Positions 19,197-33,003 are shown, counted from the whole stretch's first letter. The stretch: DNA of 63,464 bases, filler included, from Reclinomonas americana ATCC 50394 (GCA_048213135.1; 8 parts of 3 records of this genome joined end to end with filler, not necessarily neighbours in it); one strand, 5' to 3'. Notes: generated by a model not told the origin, from the letters alone. Made by a program: numbers and translations.

Positions 19197-21743
19197 ATGC
19201 GCGTCATTGTGCTCCTCCTCTTGCTCCTGCTCTGCTGCTGCTGTCTATGCACGTGCGAACTGACACCAAGGATCATTGGTGGCTCGCCTGTGAGCAGCGG
19301 AGAGTTCCCGTTTTACGCCATGATTCGCGCCACGCGCGAGGGTCCGGCCGTGTGCGGAGGGACACTGGTGGCGCCGGACGCGGTCCTGACGGCGGCGCAT
19401 TGCGTCGGCGCCATTGAGCAGCAACTGGAGCTGGTCGTCGTCGAAGTCGGTCGCGTGCTCGACGTTTATCATCGTGAAGCTTCGGGAGTGGAGTGGCAGC
19501 CGGCGTCGCAGACTGCTGCTGTGCGCAGTATGCACATGCATCCGCAGTACATGCCGGCGCTGTCGCCGGCACACGATATAGCGCTGTTGTTTCTCGATCG
19601 GGCAATTGAGTGCGATGTGCGGCGATTTGTGATTGATACGGGCGTGCTGAGCGTGGAGGCTGCGCGCGCGGAGCAGGCGCTGACGGCGATTGGATTTGGG
19701 CGAGTGCGCGATCCGACGGCGCCCGTGGAGTCGCCTAATGATCCGACGCAGCCGGCGGTGTTGCAGCGGGTTACGCTGGTGGTGGCGGCGTCGTGCAAGT
19801 TGGCGCAGCCGGGTGGCGCCGATGCGTTTCAGGTGGGGCCCGGCGATTTTTGCTTGCGAACCACGCCTGGCTCGGATACGTGCTCGGGGGATTCGGGCGG
19901 GCCCGTGATTGACCCGTACACTGGTGAGGTAGAGGAGGAGACAAGGTCGCTGTCTGCACTCTCATGCACCCTTCCTTCTGCACAGTGTTTCCTCTCTTGC
20001 CCCTTCTTCTCCACTCTCCTCCCGTCCATATCAGCTTTTCGTTGTGCTGCTCTCGTGCTGTCGTCTTCTCTGCACTCGCCTCTCTCTCCTTCGCTCCTCT
20101 GTCATTCACACTGGCTTTCTTCATCGCGTTGCTCTCCTCACCTCATTTCTCTCTCGCACTCTGTTGCTGCTCCACTCGCCTCCCCATTGCGCTCTCGCTG
20201 TACTCTCTGCTCTGCCATAATTCACCGCGTTGCTCTCCCGCCTCATTCCTCTCTCTCGTACTCTATTGCTGTCCGTGCAGCCATCCACTTCAAGCGATCC
20301 TCCTGCGCTGTTTACTCCTCTTTCACTCCCTCTCCTCTGCCGTCCTCATCAGCATTATTCGTTGGGTTGCTCTGCTGCTCATATCTTCTCTCTTTCTGGC
20401 TTCGCCTCTCGTCACTTTCTCCTTGCCTCCTTTCCTCTTCTTGCTGCGCACTCGCTTCTGCCTCTTGTTCACTGCTCAGCCATCCACATGTGCATTCTCG
20501 TCTCTGTGCTCACCTCTCCCCACTCGCACCTCTCTATCCGCCTCTGCTTCGCTCCATTGCATCCACCATCAGCAGTTCTCGTCTTTCTGCTCTCGCGGTC
20601 ACCTCCCCCTCTCTCCTTCACTCTCTCTCTCTCTCTTCGTACTAACTTCGTATATGTATGCTATACGTAAGTTATTACGTAGACACGTGGTGGTTGGTTG
20701 GTGGTGGTGGTGAGTGGTGGTGTCTCTATTGGTCGGNNNNNNNNNNNNNNNNNNNNNNNNNNNNNNNNNNNNNNNNNNNNNNNNNNNNNNNNNNNNNNNN
20801 NNNNNNNNNNNNNNNNNNNNNNNNNNNNNNNNNNNNNNNNNNNNNNNNNNNNNNNNNNNNNNNNNNNNNNNNNNNNNNNNNNNNNNNNNNNNNNNNNNNN
20901 NNNNNNNNNNNNNNNNNNNNNNNNNNNNNNNNNNNNNNNNNNNNNNNNNNNNNNNNNNNNNNNNNNNNNNNNNNNNNNNNNNNNNNNNNNNNNNNNNNNN
21001 NNNNNNNNNNNNNNNNNNNNNNNNNNNNNNNNNNNNNNNNNNNNNNNNNNNNNNNNNNNNNNNNNNNNNNNNNNNNNNNNNNNNNNNNNNNNNNNNNNNN
21101 NNNNNNNNNNNNNNNNNNNNNNNNNNNNNNNNNNNNNNNNNNNNNNNNNNNNNNNNNNNNNNNNNNNNNNNNNNNNNNNNNNNNNNNNNNNNNNNNNNNN
21201 NNNNNNNNNNNNNNNNNNNNNNNNNNNNNNNNNNNNNNNNNNNNNNNNNNNNNNNNNNNNNNNNNNNNNNNNNNNNNNNNNNNNNNNNNNNNNNNNNNNN
21301 NNNNNNNNNNNNNNNNNNNNNNNNNNNNNNNNNNNNNNNNNNNNNNNNNNNNNNNNNNNNNNNNNNNNNNNNNNNNNNNNNNNNNNNNNNNNNNNNNNNN
21401 NNNNNNNNNNNNNNNNNNNNNNNNNNNNNNNNNNNNNNNNNNNNNNNNNNNNNNNNNNNNNNNNNNNNNNNNNNNNNNNNNNNNNNNNNNNNNNNNNNNN
21501 NNNNNNNNNNNNNNNNNNNNNNNNNNNNNNNNNNNNNNNNNNNNNNNNNNNNNNNNNNNNNNNNNNNNNNNNNNNNNNNNNNNNNNNNNNNNNNNNNNNN
21601 NNNNNNNNNNNNNNNNNNNNNNNNNNNNNNNNNNNNNNNNNNNNNNNNNNNNNNNNNNNNNNNNNNNNNNNNNNNNNNNNNNNNNNNNNNGTACGTACGT
21701 ACGTACGTACGTCCGTCTCCGTCCTCCTCCTACCTCCTACCTC

Positions 21744-21806
<63 letters not shown>

Positions 21807-21821
21807 CTCCTCCTCCTCCTC

Positions 21822-21893
<72 letters not shown>

Positions 21894-22380
21894 GCTTCGA
21901 CTCTTGTCAGTTTTTTTCTCGACCCCATCTCCACTCTCATTCCCCTCTCTCACGGTCTCTGTTGCTGCTCTGTCTCGCGCTTGCTTCTCGTTTCTGCAGG
22001 TCTATCTCTATCTCTGTCACCGCCCTTTCCTCTTACTTCTCCCTCCCTTCCCCCACACCCCCTTCCCCCTTCAAGGCATCATCATGGGCATCACCTCCCG
22101 CGGACCAATCGCCTGCGGCGCCGAGGCCAGTGTCGCCGTCAATGTCGACGTCTCCAAGTACCTCGACTGGATTCGACAGCAGGTGCCGAGCGTGCGCACC
22201 GCGTCGCCCTTCGCCAGCACAACAGCAGCGGAGACCGTCGACGGTCTGTGTGGACGCGACTTTGCGCCGGAGCTCTTCCCGGCGATTGTTCGCAATGGCG
22301 CACCATCGTCTCTGGTGGCAAGACCACTCCCACTCTTCATCATCATCATTGTCGCTCTCCTCCTCCTCCTTGTCACGTAA
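19197..22380 (+). CDS. Secreted S1A trypsin-like serine protease with a C-terminal GPI/TM tail
   Basis: Signal peptide MRVIVLLLLLLLCCC, activation site R-IIGG, CGGTL, LTAAHC, HDIALL, SDTCSGDSGGP; exon 2 from 22077 IIMGITSRG..YLDWIRQ, ending LFIIIIVALLLLLVT. Confidence 0.92.
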
Positions 22381-22404
22381 ACCACTAAAATTTGTTATAT
22401 TTCT

Positions 22405-25400
22405 TTACTCATTCATGAGATCGTTACACAGTTCGGTAAAGTGCACAAAGAACTTCGTGGTGTCGAGCGGATCGAGACCCTCCACCACCACGTCCAGCAC
22501 GTGCTTGTCGCACACCGATCGAATGTCCACCACGCCGAGCTGCGCAAACAACTCGGTGTACTTTTGCAGTCCATGCGCCGCTAGCCACATGGAGACTGTG
22601 CATGTCGAGGAATCAATTAGCACGGGTGAGACAGAAGAGGGTGCGTGGGGGCGGAGTGCACCTGAAATCTCCTCCAAAAAGAGCACATCCAGGGCGAGGC
22701 AGTCGCCCGACTTGAGGTGCCACACGTCAGCGTCGCAGGAGATGGTCTCAAACGTCAGCTGGCTGACACGCTTGCGGATGCGTGCAATGCACGTGGCGGT
22801 GACACACAAGCTGGCCGACAGATTTCTCCGCAACTCCCACAGCGGGTCGTCGGTCTCGCGCTCCAAGTACACGGTGGCTGGCTCCTGCAAGATTGGGGAG
22901 GGGTGAGACACACACACACACACACAGCTCACGCGCACTCGCTTCCACACAGCCACGCAACTGCATTGCTGATACCGTACAGGTGTACAAAGGCCTCGAG
23001 AAGCACAGGCATGGATCGGGGCATGATAAAGGCAAACGAGGACTGTGCCGGCTCCGGCAGCGCCACGGCCACCTGCGGTCGCCTCCGCCCCTTGCCGTCC
23101 AAGCTGCCGGCCGAGGACGACGACTTGAGGGTGGGTGGTGTGAAGAGCGACAGTGACGACGTTGGCGGCATGAGACCCTGCGCGCGGGCAATCGGCGACG
23201 GTGGTACACCCGGCTTGAATGGCCGCAGACTGCCGGCTTGATTCAGCACGGCGTCGTGGAACACAGTCACGGTGTACTTAGTGCCCATGCGCCACGGCAC
23301 ACTCGGCACGAATGTCAGGCACATCTGCTCGGCATTCATGTCCACTTTGCCGTCCACTGGTGCGCCGTCGGGCTCCTCGACCACCTGTGCATGTGTGTCA
23401 CCCGAATGAGGATCGTCATGGAGAAACACAGAGAGGCGGCAGATGGGAAAACGCACTCTCAGCACGCGGTTCAGCGCAATGACTTGCGGCACAATCGATC
23501 TTGAGCTGAGAAAGCGACGGAACCATATGGAGACCGATTCCGACGGGAGGAACATTCTGCGGCGTTTGCAAGACAATGTGAGCAGCAAATTCACGCATCA
23601 CCAACAAAACAGCTTCGCAACTTAGGCTCATCGTCGCCCACACCCGGAGCCACCTTGAAAATGCGCGGGTGATCTTCTTCCGAAACTGGTGGTAGTGCGC
23701 TCTCTGGTGACATCAAATCGCCGCTGTCTTCCGCCTCTCTCCGCCTCGACTCCTTCTCCGCCAGGATGCTGCGCATCTTGTTCACGCGCTCCGAAAACAC
23801 AGTCGTGCTGTGCTCCTGATCGCTGTCGTCGGTGGGCGAGCTGCTGTTGAAATCCTCGTCGTCTTCGTCGCTGTCAAAACTGTCGTCACTGTCGTCGCTA
23901 TCGTCGCTGTCGTCGCTGTGGACCAGCTCCCCGTCAGCATCCCCATCGCCCTCTACCGTCACTCGAATGCCGCCAAATGGCATTCGCTTCCCATCCGACA
24001 CCTCCGTCTCCATGAACACGTGACCTCCTGACGACCCTCCTCCTCCTCCCACGTCTCCATTGGCGTAGCCGTTGCCATTGTGACCGTTGCCGTTGCCGGC
24101 GGGAGGTGGATCCGCAGAGGAGCCCACCGAGTTGGCGTCGGACGAGGGTGCGGTCTTGAGTTGCAGCTTGAAGTTGGAGGAGGAGGATGACGACGATGAC
24201 GATGACGATAACAAGGACGTGTCGTCGTTGGCGGCGGAGGGCGATCGAGACACGGCAAGCGTGCGCTGCTGCGGCAAACTTACTGTTGGCGTCTGCGACA
24301 CCGATGCCGACGAGAACGCATTCGCTTGCTCCTTGTCGGTGACAAATGGTGACGGGGGCGGCAGTTCGGGCGCCGACGGTCCCACCGCCTCGAAGGGATT
24401 GTAGGCGCCATGAACCTTGATCTGCAGTCCAAAATTCTTCGGCGACGACGAGCTGTGGTGGCAAGAAGAGGTCAGCTGGTATGTCAGAAGAATTGTCAAT
24501 GACAGGAGAGGCAACGCAACGGTGAATGCCGTGATTCGACCACAATCAGATCGCCTGGTGAAAAGCCGCACTCCACGGCCGTCACCGTGTCGGGACAGTT
24601 GTCGGTCGAGTACAAGGCGCCTGTGTGGTTGCGGCGGGTATGCGTGAGTCTGTGTGTAGAGCAGCAGAGCGTGTCTCCAAAATTCAACATACCTCCGAGA
24701 CGAATGCACATTTTGGCGACGGGCGCACTCAGGTGGCGCGAGGCAATTCTTCTCAACTCACCCTACACGACACACACGACACCGTCAGCTGCGGTGCAAT
24801 AGCAGACCACCTTCCCTCTCCCAATCTCACCATGGTCATGGTCTCAATCGGTGGCGAGTGGAAGCTGGCGGTACCCGTGGTCGGCAACTGCAACCGAATG
24901 GTGCGACGCGGATTGTAGTCCAGTATCGACTGGTACCCCACCTGCACCTGGTGCAACATTTGGTCCTCCTGCACGAGCCCGTCGAAGCGGTAGTGCTCCG
25001 CCGGAATGTCTGTCGCACTCGTTAGCAAACAATACAGAGACAGACACACTCTCTCTCTCCCTCGCAACTCTTCGACGTCTCAATGAGCGCCTTCAGCTCG
25101 GAAATCTTGAGCGTCGGCATCGCGTCCATGTCAAACTCCTCGTGCACCACCTGCCGCGCACGCACCACCACCGCTCGCACGCGCACTCGATACCGAAACA
25201 TGCCCTCGGGCGACGGAAAGTACACGCGCAGCGTGGCGCCTTCACGCAACCCTGTCGACTCGATCGTGGCGGTGGCGCGTGATGAGGCCTCTGTGTAAAG
25301 GAGGGAGTGAGGCGGGGAAGGAGAGAGGGAAGGGGAAAATGGGGAAGAGAGGGGGCTCGCACCAATGTAATCTGCGGTATTGCTCCACAACACCGCGCCG

Positions 25401-25441
25401 TTCAGCGACATAACGAATTCGCCCAGTGGTACCACGCCGCG
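22405..25441 (-). CDS. Multidomain protein: tandem divergent ubiquitin-like domains, acidic linker, Ig-like (Big_5-type) domain, SAM-like C-terminus; 5' partial
   Basis: PTLKISELKALIETSKNIPAEHYRF and TIESTGLREGATLRV (UBL-like); LTFVPSVPWRMGTKYTVTV (Big_5-like); TVSMWLAAHGLQKYTELFAQLGV (SAM-like); exons join in frame. Confidence 0.6.
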
Positions 25442-25579
25442 CTGCGAAGAGGAAGAATGAGGGAAGGGCAATGGGGAGAGAAGAGGGAGAGGGAGAGAGG
25501 AAGGAAGCAGGAGACACGAAAGAGAAGGTAATGAGAAATAGACAAGGCGCGCACGAGAGAAAGGAGGTGAAGGAGTGAA

Positions 25580-26500
25580 GAGAAAGCGACAGCGACACAA
25601 GAGCAAGCGATCGTCAATCGACTCGAGACACATTCTATCGCAAACAGACGCAAGGAAGAGCGGCGACGCGCGCAGCGACAGGCAACAATCCACGAAAACT
25701 TAAAGAGAGGGACGGGGATGTCGACGAAAAATGAGATCGACTCTCTCGACATATTCCAACCCAAACACGCGCGCACAGATGAGGAGAGAGAGAGAGAGGA
25801 GAGAGGAGAGCGAGGAGACACATCGACGTGGCAGCAACCCGCAACGCTTCACGAACACCAAGAGCAGCGGGAAGCGATTATGAATCGTCTCTAGACAGAT
25901 TGAGATCGACTTTCTCGACACGTACCAACGCAAGTACACAGATGAAGAGAGAGAGAGGAGCGAAGAGAGTCGACACGCAACGCTCTCTCGCCACGCACAC
26001 GAAGAGACCAAGAGAAGAGAGAAAGCGATCGACATAGACGGAGATTGACTTTCTCGACACTCCAACACAACGCAAACAGACGAACGCCTGCGCGCAGAGA
26101 GGAGACAGGAGACACATCGATGTGACACTGACACGCAGCACTCTCGTCACGCACACAAGAAACCAAGCGAAGCGGGAACGCGATTATGAATCGTTTCGAC
26201 ATAGATTGAGATCCACTGATTGACACATTCCAACGAAACGCAAACACGCGCGCACAGAGGAGAGAGAAGAAAGGCAACGCGACACCGACAAGCAGCGCTC
26301 CCTCGCCACGCACACAAAGAAACAAAGTGAAGAGTGAAAGCGATAATGAATCGTCTCGAGACAGATTGAGGTCGACTTTCTCGACACATTCCAACGCAAC
26401 GCAAGCACACAGATGAAGAGAGAGCGCGCGCGCGAAGAGAGTCGACACGCAACACTCTCCCTCGCCACGCACACACACACACGAAAACCACGATCATTCC
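25580..26500. repeat. Degenerate tandem repeat array, probably intronic
   Basis: CGATTATGAATCGTCTC..GACAGATTGAGATCGACTTTCTCGACAC and GAAGAGAGTCGACACGCAAC variants recur at ~25730, 25875, 26030, 26180, 26340. Confidence 0.85.
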
Positions 26501-26603
26501 TCCNNNNNNNNNNNNNNNNNNNNNNNNNNNNNNNNNNNNNNNNNNNNTTAATTAATTAANNNNNNNNNNNNNNNNNNNNNNNNNNNNNNNNNNNNNNNNN
26601 NNN

Positions 26604-27496
26604 GAATTTGATGAGAGTGCAAAGGAGCTCGTGTTTCACACGTGTATTGCAGTTTCGACCACGACGCAAGGTCACTGCCCGAATGTGCCCTCAATGAACG
26701 CCTCGATCATCGCTTGCGAATTGCGCGGTTGGCTGTGTGTCATGCGATATTGAGATTCATGCATGCACACACACATAATTAATACTGGTGGAGGTGCACG
26801 GCACGCAACTCCATCGGGACCAAATGTCCAGCCGCGTGGACGATTGCGTGATTCAGGTGACCGGCGCAGCGAGTGAATCCAGCCACTTGCCCGTCGACCT
26901 TCCACACCTTGCGAGAGGCATTCTTGAAGGCGGCAGCACCTGCAAAATCCCGGGTAGAATGTGAGCACGTTGTGTTGAGAGCGACGGGAGTTATGCTCGT
27001 ACCTGACCACTGCAGCGTGTCAATCCACGCCTCGTTCTCTGCGGCGCCGTCTTGGACTGCACTCATCCAGAGAGACTTCATGAAAACGAAAGAAATCCTC
27101 ACGCGCAGTTCCGACCAACGCAACAATCAAACTGGCCCTGATACAGAAGCACCGGGAACTGCTCAAGAATCTCTGGAATCCAAGGCTTCACGCTGCGCAT
27201 CACTGGTTCACAGGAAAACAGCAGTCACGGTCGAATCGCGACGCAAGTCCCACGACACCGTTCTTACCGTCGTTGGCGAGATGGTTGGCCACCTGGTCAG
27301 CGGTGCTGCCCCACGCATGGCCGGAACCAATAACGTTGAGGGCGCTGATGGCATTCGGAAGTCAGTATCAGAGCGATGAGAAGTGGCGTCTGCAGCTATC
27401 GATCGACTCACGTGCGAACATCGTTGCGGCTCAGGTACGAATTCAGGAAGTCAAAGTTGTACGGCTTGATGATGCGGACTGGACGGTGAGAGAATG
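26604..27496 (+). other. Possible coding or degenerate coding fragment of unknown identity on a short linker-bounded contig
   Basis: Complex, non-repetitive sequence with open frames 26604-26730 and 26873-27379; no motif recognised and no clean gene model. Confidence 0.2.
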
Positions 27497-27807
27497 AGGT
27501 ACAGGAGAGGGGAACGAAGAAAAGGAGAGGCTCTCACTAATTCCCTTCTTTTTCTTCTCCTCCTCCTCCTCCTATCTCTTTCTCTATTACTCCTCTTTCT
27601 GTGCCTATGTATCTGTCAGTCTGCCTGTCTTGCTCTCCTCTCTTTCTCTGCATGTTCCTTTTACTTCTCCGTCTATCTGTCTGACTCCCTCTTATTATCG
27701 CTCTCTCTTCTCTGTCTATCTATCGTCTCTCTTCAAATCTGTCTCTCTCTCTCTGTCTGTCTCTCTCTCTCTCTCTCTGTCTGTCTGTCTATCTGTCTAT
27801 CTGTCTC

Positions 27808-27884
<77 letters not shown>

Positions 27885-28503
27885 GTCTGTCTGTCTATCT
27901 GTCTATCTGGCTGTCTGTCTGTCTCACTTTCTCTCTCTCTCTCTCTCCGCCTCCTCCTCTCTCTACGTCCATGACACGAACCATCGTAGGGATTCATCGG
28001 GTCACCAGCCGCCTTGTCCACCAACGAGAGCAGTTGGTTGCGGAAGTCCAGGGCCGAGGCATAGTCGCCCGAATTCACAGCCTGCCATCACCAAAGGATG
28101 AATCGACACCGCTGAATCGAGGACCTGCTTCCCCCCTCTACCTCTCCTGCGTTCATTGTCACCCATTCCTTTCCCCTTCTTCTTCTTCCGTGTGCTTTCT
28201 CCCTCCCTCCACTCTTCGCACTNNNNNNNNNNNNNNNNNNNNCCCGACGTGCAGCGGCTGGCCTCTCAAGCTGTGCAGGTCTGTGTCGGAGGGGAGGCCT
28301 AGGGGGAAGGGAGATGTGAGGGTGAGAGAGAGAGAGAGAGGACAAGGAGGGCGAAACTGAGGGAGTGGGTGACAGAAAACAGAAAGGAGAGGGGGAGTGA
28401 CGGNNNNNNNNNNNNNNNNNNNNNNNNNNNNNNNNNNNNNNNNNNNNTTAATTAATTAANNNNNNNNNNNNNNNNNNNNNNNNNNNNNNNNNNNNNNNNN
28501 NNN

Positions 28504-29788
28504 CAACTGGTTCGAGGAGATGAGACCGAGATTGAGGGCCAGCTCGGGTTTGGCCAGGGTTTGTGTGGCCGGGTCGGTGAGACCATCGCCAATGGCGATG
28601 CCAGCGAGTGGAATGTTCGCACCGGCCTTGTTGGCGGCAATGATAGCGTGGGCCACCGCCGGCACGTAGTGGCCACCGTACGACTCGCCGGTGATGTACA
28701 GCGGCGCGCGCGCCAGCTGCGGATAAAGGGCGTAGAATTTCTTGAGAAAGGTCAGCAACATGGCGCCGACATCGTCCTCGTTGTTGGCATAGTTGTTGCT
28801 CTGCGAAAAAGAATGAATGGGTATTACTGACGACAGGTGCGTCCTCAAAAAAGCAAACTACAGCCCGGAGCACACAATGCCTCAACATGATATGTACGAA
28901 AAGAGACATCTATGCGAGCGTGTGATCAGCTCTCGCCCTGTGTGTGAGAGAGAGAGGGAGAAACGCGGATGCCTGTGCGTGCGTGTGTGCTCCACACAAA
29001 CTGCCTTCTTACAATCATGCAGAAGCGTGGGGCATGTGTGTTATTCTGTGCCCATCTGCCTGCGTTCGTTAATGTCACTCACGTTGGTGTAGCTGAAGCC
29101 AGTGCCGACTGCGCACAAGGATAGACAAAGACAGTCACGCCCCGAGCTGTGTGGAATGCAAGCAACGACGAGCAAGCGCAACGCAACCTGGATTGTCAAC
29201 GGCCATGTAATGGTACCTGTGGAGGAAGAAGAAGCACGCGTGGTGGGTACAAAGCCGAGCGTCCACTCATCCTCAACTCCACCACAATAGCGCAACTTGA
29301 CGCCCCACGTGCCGTTGTTGTCGCTGAGCTGCAACGAGATCGGATCCAGTCGCAGTGGCCCGTTCTCGACCAACAATCCCAGCAAGCTAGAGCTCCCTGG
29401 TCCACCCTGCAACCACACCACGAGCGGAGTCTGCTCCACCGACCTCATCGGCTCTTGTCAGACACAAACAGAACGAAATGAGCTCCTCGCCATCGGAACA
29501 TTATCATCAGTCAGTCATCATCATCATGTCACACGCACTCTGCGCGGGGAAGAGCCAGTAGAACATTTGCGACTGTCCATTGTCATCGTCGCGAACGGGC
29601 ACGTAGCCGGCGTAGGACTCGGCGGCAGTGGAGTTGGCGGGCAAACCCGGCAAGTTGAGCACGCGATTGGGCCACGATGCTTCCTCGTCGGGGGCGCCAC
29701 GCAGCGGCACAGCGTCCGTGGTGAGCACAAGTGCCGACAAGAGGACGACGGCAAAGGAAAGCGCGAGCTGTGCGCTGGAAGAGTGCAT
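28504..29788 (-). CDS. Serine carboxypeptidase (S10, CPVL-like), 3' truncated at a linker
   Basis: Signal peptide, LPGLP, SYAGYV, MFYWLF, VVWLQGGPGSSSL, VDNPVGTGFSY, YITGESYGGHYVP, IAIGDGLTDP. Confidence 0.95.
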
Positions 29789-30069
29789 GTCGGTGATCGG
29801 TGGGGTGGACAAAATGCAAGAGGACGATGGCGTTGTCCTCACTTTTCCGTGGTGTTTGCGGCTGCGGATGGCCATCACCACAGTTTTCTTTGCATCCTCG
29901 ACTTCGCAATCGGAGAGCTACCTCCATCCGCCTCTTTATAATAATTCAAGCCTCATGATCACTGAACTCCGTGTTGAGGAACTCACGCCTCTTGTTCCGT
30001 TATCCCACCTACAGGAGCTCCGTGTTTTAGAAAAACAATGGTACTTCCCTCCACTTTCCTCGTCTCACC

Positions 30070-31209
30070 TCACTGCGCCACCAGAATTCTGCCGAAGCAG
30101 ACCTCGGTGTTGAGGAACTCGTGCCCAATGTCTATGCCACCGCATGTGGCCTTCTCCAGCCGAGAGTAGCCCGTCATGCCAAAGTTGAAGACGGTGCAGT
30201 AGAATCTGTGTGTGGTTGTGACGACGCATGCATGAGACTCCTCCCGATCCCACAACGTCGATCGCCCTCGCAAGATGTTAACGCAACACGATGCAACCAC
30301 CGAGCACAGTCGAATCGCGCGCCACAGCCACGCCAGTGACTGGGACGTACGACACGGGGGTCACGTCATGCGGATGCGCCACCGCACTCCACGCTTGCTG
30401 CTGGTGATCGTAGTGCGCGACGCCAAATGTCTTCTCATTGGCGCCGTACACCACAGCCGTGACGGTGGAGGACACGGCGTTCCACTTCATGCCGACCACC
30501 CGCGCCATGCCATTCATCGACGGGTACGTCGTGGAGGAGCCGTCGCGCGTCATTTGCATGAAAAGCACTTGTTGGTCGGCGCCGTGAGCGACCACAAACG
30601 GGCCACCCTTGGGCACGAGCACAATCGAGGCGTGTCGAACGCCAAAAACGTACGGCTGCGAGTCGCCGCCCACCTGCGTCCACGAGCCGTCTTGCATGTT
30701 CAGCTTCACCACGCGACTGTAGCCCGTGTTGTGCTGCGGGACGGTCATGAAAGTGACCAGGCCGTACACCTCCTGCGTGTCGTAGTCGACCACCATGCCG
30801 CTCAACGCCGGGGAATAGGTGGTGGAGTTGGTGGGGAAGGTGAAGTTGGTAAACTGCACCGCCCTCTTCGTGCTGGCATCGACCGTGATCACCGAAATGA
30901 CCTCGCTCTCGTCGCCGCAGTGGCACGAAAACAGCAGATGCGCGACCGGCAGCTGATTCGGATCGGCGGCCGCCATGTCGGAGCAGAAGCAGGAGGCGCC
31001 GTTGCCGAACACGTTCATGTAGTGCGTGATTTGCCCGCCGTTGCTGTCCATCGAGTCGAGCGTGTTGCCGACAGAGTCGATGCCGAAGATGAGGCGGCCC
31101 TGCAGGCGAGGCAGAGTCAGATCAGGCAGAGGCGCGAGGAAAAAGGCGAGGGGAAGAGAGAGTGGGTACCGAAAGAGGGGAGAAGAGCAGGGGAAGGAAG
31201 CAAAAGGCG

Positions 31210-31248
<39 letters not shown>

Positions 31249-31364
31249 CGGACACATGCATGACAAAACGCCAAGTTTACCTCCACCACAACCATCTCCT
31301 GCAGCGCAGCGGCCAACAAGCACGCCGCAAACAGCGCACACAGTAGCTTTCCCGTGCGAGACAT
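30070..31364 (-). CDS. Secreted beta-rich (possibly beta-propeller) protein of unknown function; exact 3' end uncertain
   Basis: Signal peptide MSRTGKLLCALFAACLLAAALQ, ~820-nt open exon with motifs such as GMVVDYDTQEVYGL and N-glycosylation sequons. Confidence 0.65.
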
Positions 31365-31679
31365 GGATGAGAGAAGAAAAAAGTAGACAAACGCGATTCT
31401 TCCGAATATTCAAGAAGAAATGGAATGGGCCTTGAGCAGTTGCTGTGTTGTCAACAACAACAACAACAACAACAACAACTTTACTAATACCAAACAGACA
31501 ACACAGCTGCATGATGATCACCATCTTGAGTGAGCACCAGAAACTCAGACATACAACGGAAAAAGCGAAGAAAAAGTCNNNNNNNNNNNNNNNNNNNNNN
31601 NNNNNNNNNNNNNNNNNNNNNNTTAATTAATTAANNNNNNNNNNNNNNNNNNNNNNNNNNNNNNNNNNNNNNNNNNNNT

Positions 31680-31776
31680 ACTACGGAGAGAGGAGGACGA
31701 GGAAAGGGAAAGGACGAGGGAAGAGAGAGTAGGTACGGAAGAGGGAGGAAGAGACGAGGGAAGGAAGCAAAAGGCG

Positions 31777-31814
<38 letters not shown>

Positions 31815-32140
31815 AGCGGACACATGCATGCAAAACGCCAAGTTTACCTCCACCACAACCATCTCCTGCAGCGCAGCGGCCAACAAGCACGCCGCAAACA
31901 GCGCACACAGTAGCTTTCCCGTGCGAGACATGGATGAGAGAAGAAAAAAGTAGACAAACGCGATTCTTCCGAATATTCAAGAAGAAATGGAATGGGCCTT
32001 GAGCAGTTGCTGTGTTGTCAACAACAACAACAACAACAACAACAACTTTACTAATCCAAACAGCAACACAGCTGCATGATGATCACCATCTTGAGTGAGC
32101 ACCAGAAACTCAGACATCACGGAAAAAGCGAGAAAAAGTC
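31680..32140. repeat. Near-identical direct copy of ~31120-31577 across a contig linker
   Basis: Same first exon and upstream sequence with small indels; probably a haplotype or assembly overlap. Confidence 0.9.
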
Positions 32141-33003
32141 GACGTCGAGATGGCTAATGCTGGCGTTTCTGCAAGAGAAACCACGGCTCATGACAAGCAC
32201 CACTTTACCTTGTCGCCACTGAATTCGAATTGTGCAACTGACGTCCACGGATCCGGATCGGTATCGCGATCGATATCCGGACCCAGCTTTGCTTTGTTTG
32301 CAATTGCCTGGCAGTGGCCTTTTCCCCGAATGCGATGTGCCGTGTAGGACCGGAGAAAACGCTATGCGTCAATGCAAGTGCGTCAAATCCACTGTTACGG
32401 TGAAGATATCGATCGCACGCGCAGTTCTCGACTTGTTCGAATTCGAAGCTCCGAGAACGAACACACGCACACAAGGAACCTGCTGCTGCCTCACGACTAG
32501 TGTTTGTGTTGATGAATTTGGATACGGTTGAACTTCGTCAGCTGCTTGTTTGTTGGTGAATTCGAATTGTTTTTGTTCGAATTCGAATTACTCGATCTTG
32601 TGAATTCGAATTCCCACTTTCCAGTTGCAGCAACAACATCCCTGTACTCACTCGCACATGCATACACACCACCACCCCCCTTCCAGTCCCAAAGTCGACC
32701 TGTCACATTTGCATTTGCACGGCGGACAAATACGTCATCCACGACCGTTGGCAATCTGTCCATATCACTGGCACGCGCGCTTCAAACGAAATCAGTCACG
32801 CACGCGTGCTGATTCACTGCCCGCACCCCACACACAGAGCGCGTTGCAGGTGCGTGCGTGCGTGTGTGTCTCATTTGTGTGCATGTGCCTCGATTCCTCA
32901 CCCAGAGAGACTGTTTTTTTCGTTAGGCCAGCCTGTTTGCCGGTTTTTCTTGTCGTTGTTTGTTGTTTTTCAAGCGAGAGAAGACGAGCGGTGAAACAGA
33001 GTG

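Noticed and set aside
21691-21713. (GTAC)n palindromic run at a gap edge
   Set aside because: Short simple repeat in an intron next to Ns, with no evidence of function
31117-32140. Apparent tandem duplication of the secreted gene's first exon
   Set aside because: The copies flank a linker and differ only by small indels, consistent with contig or haplotype overlap
32201-32530. Possible U1-like snRNA (CTTTACCTTG, AATTTGG)
   Set aside because: The match to ACTTACCTG is imperfect, and I could not build the U1 stem-loops or a correctly spaced Sm site
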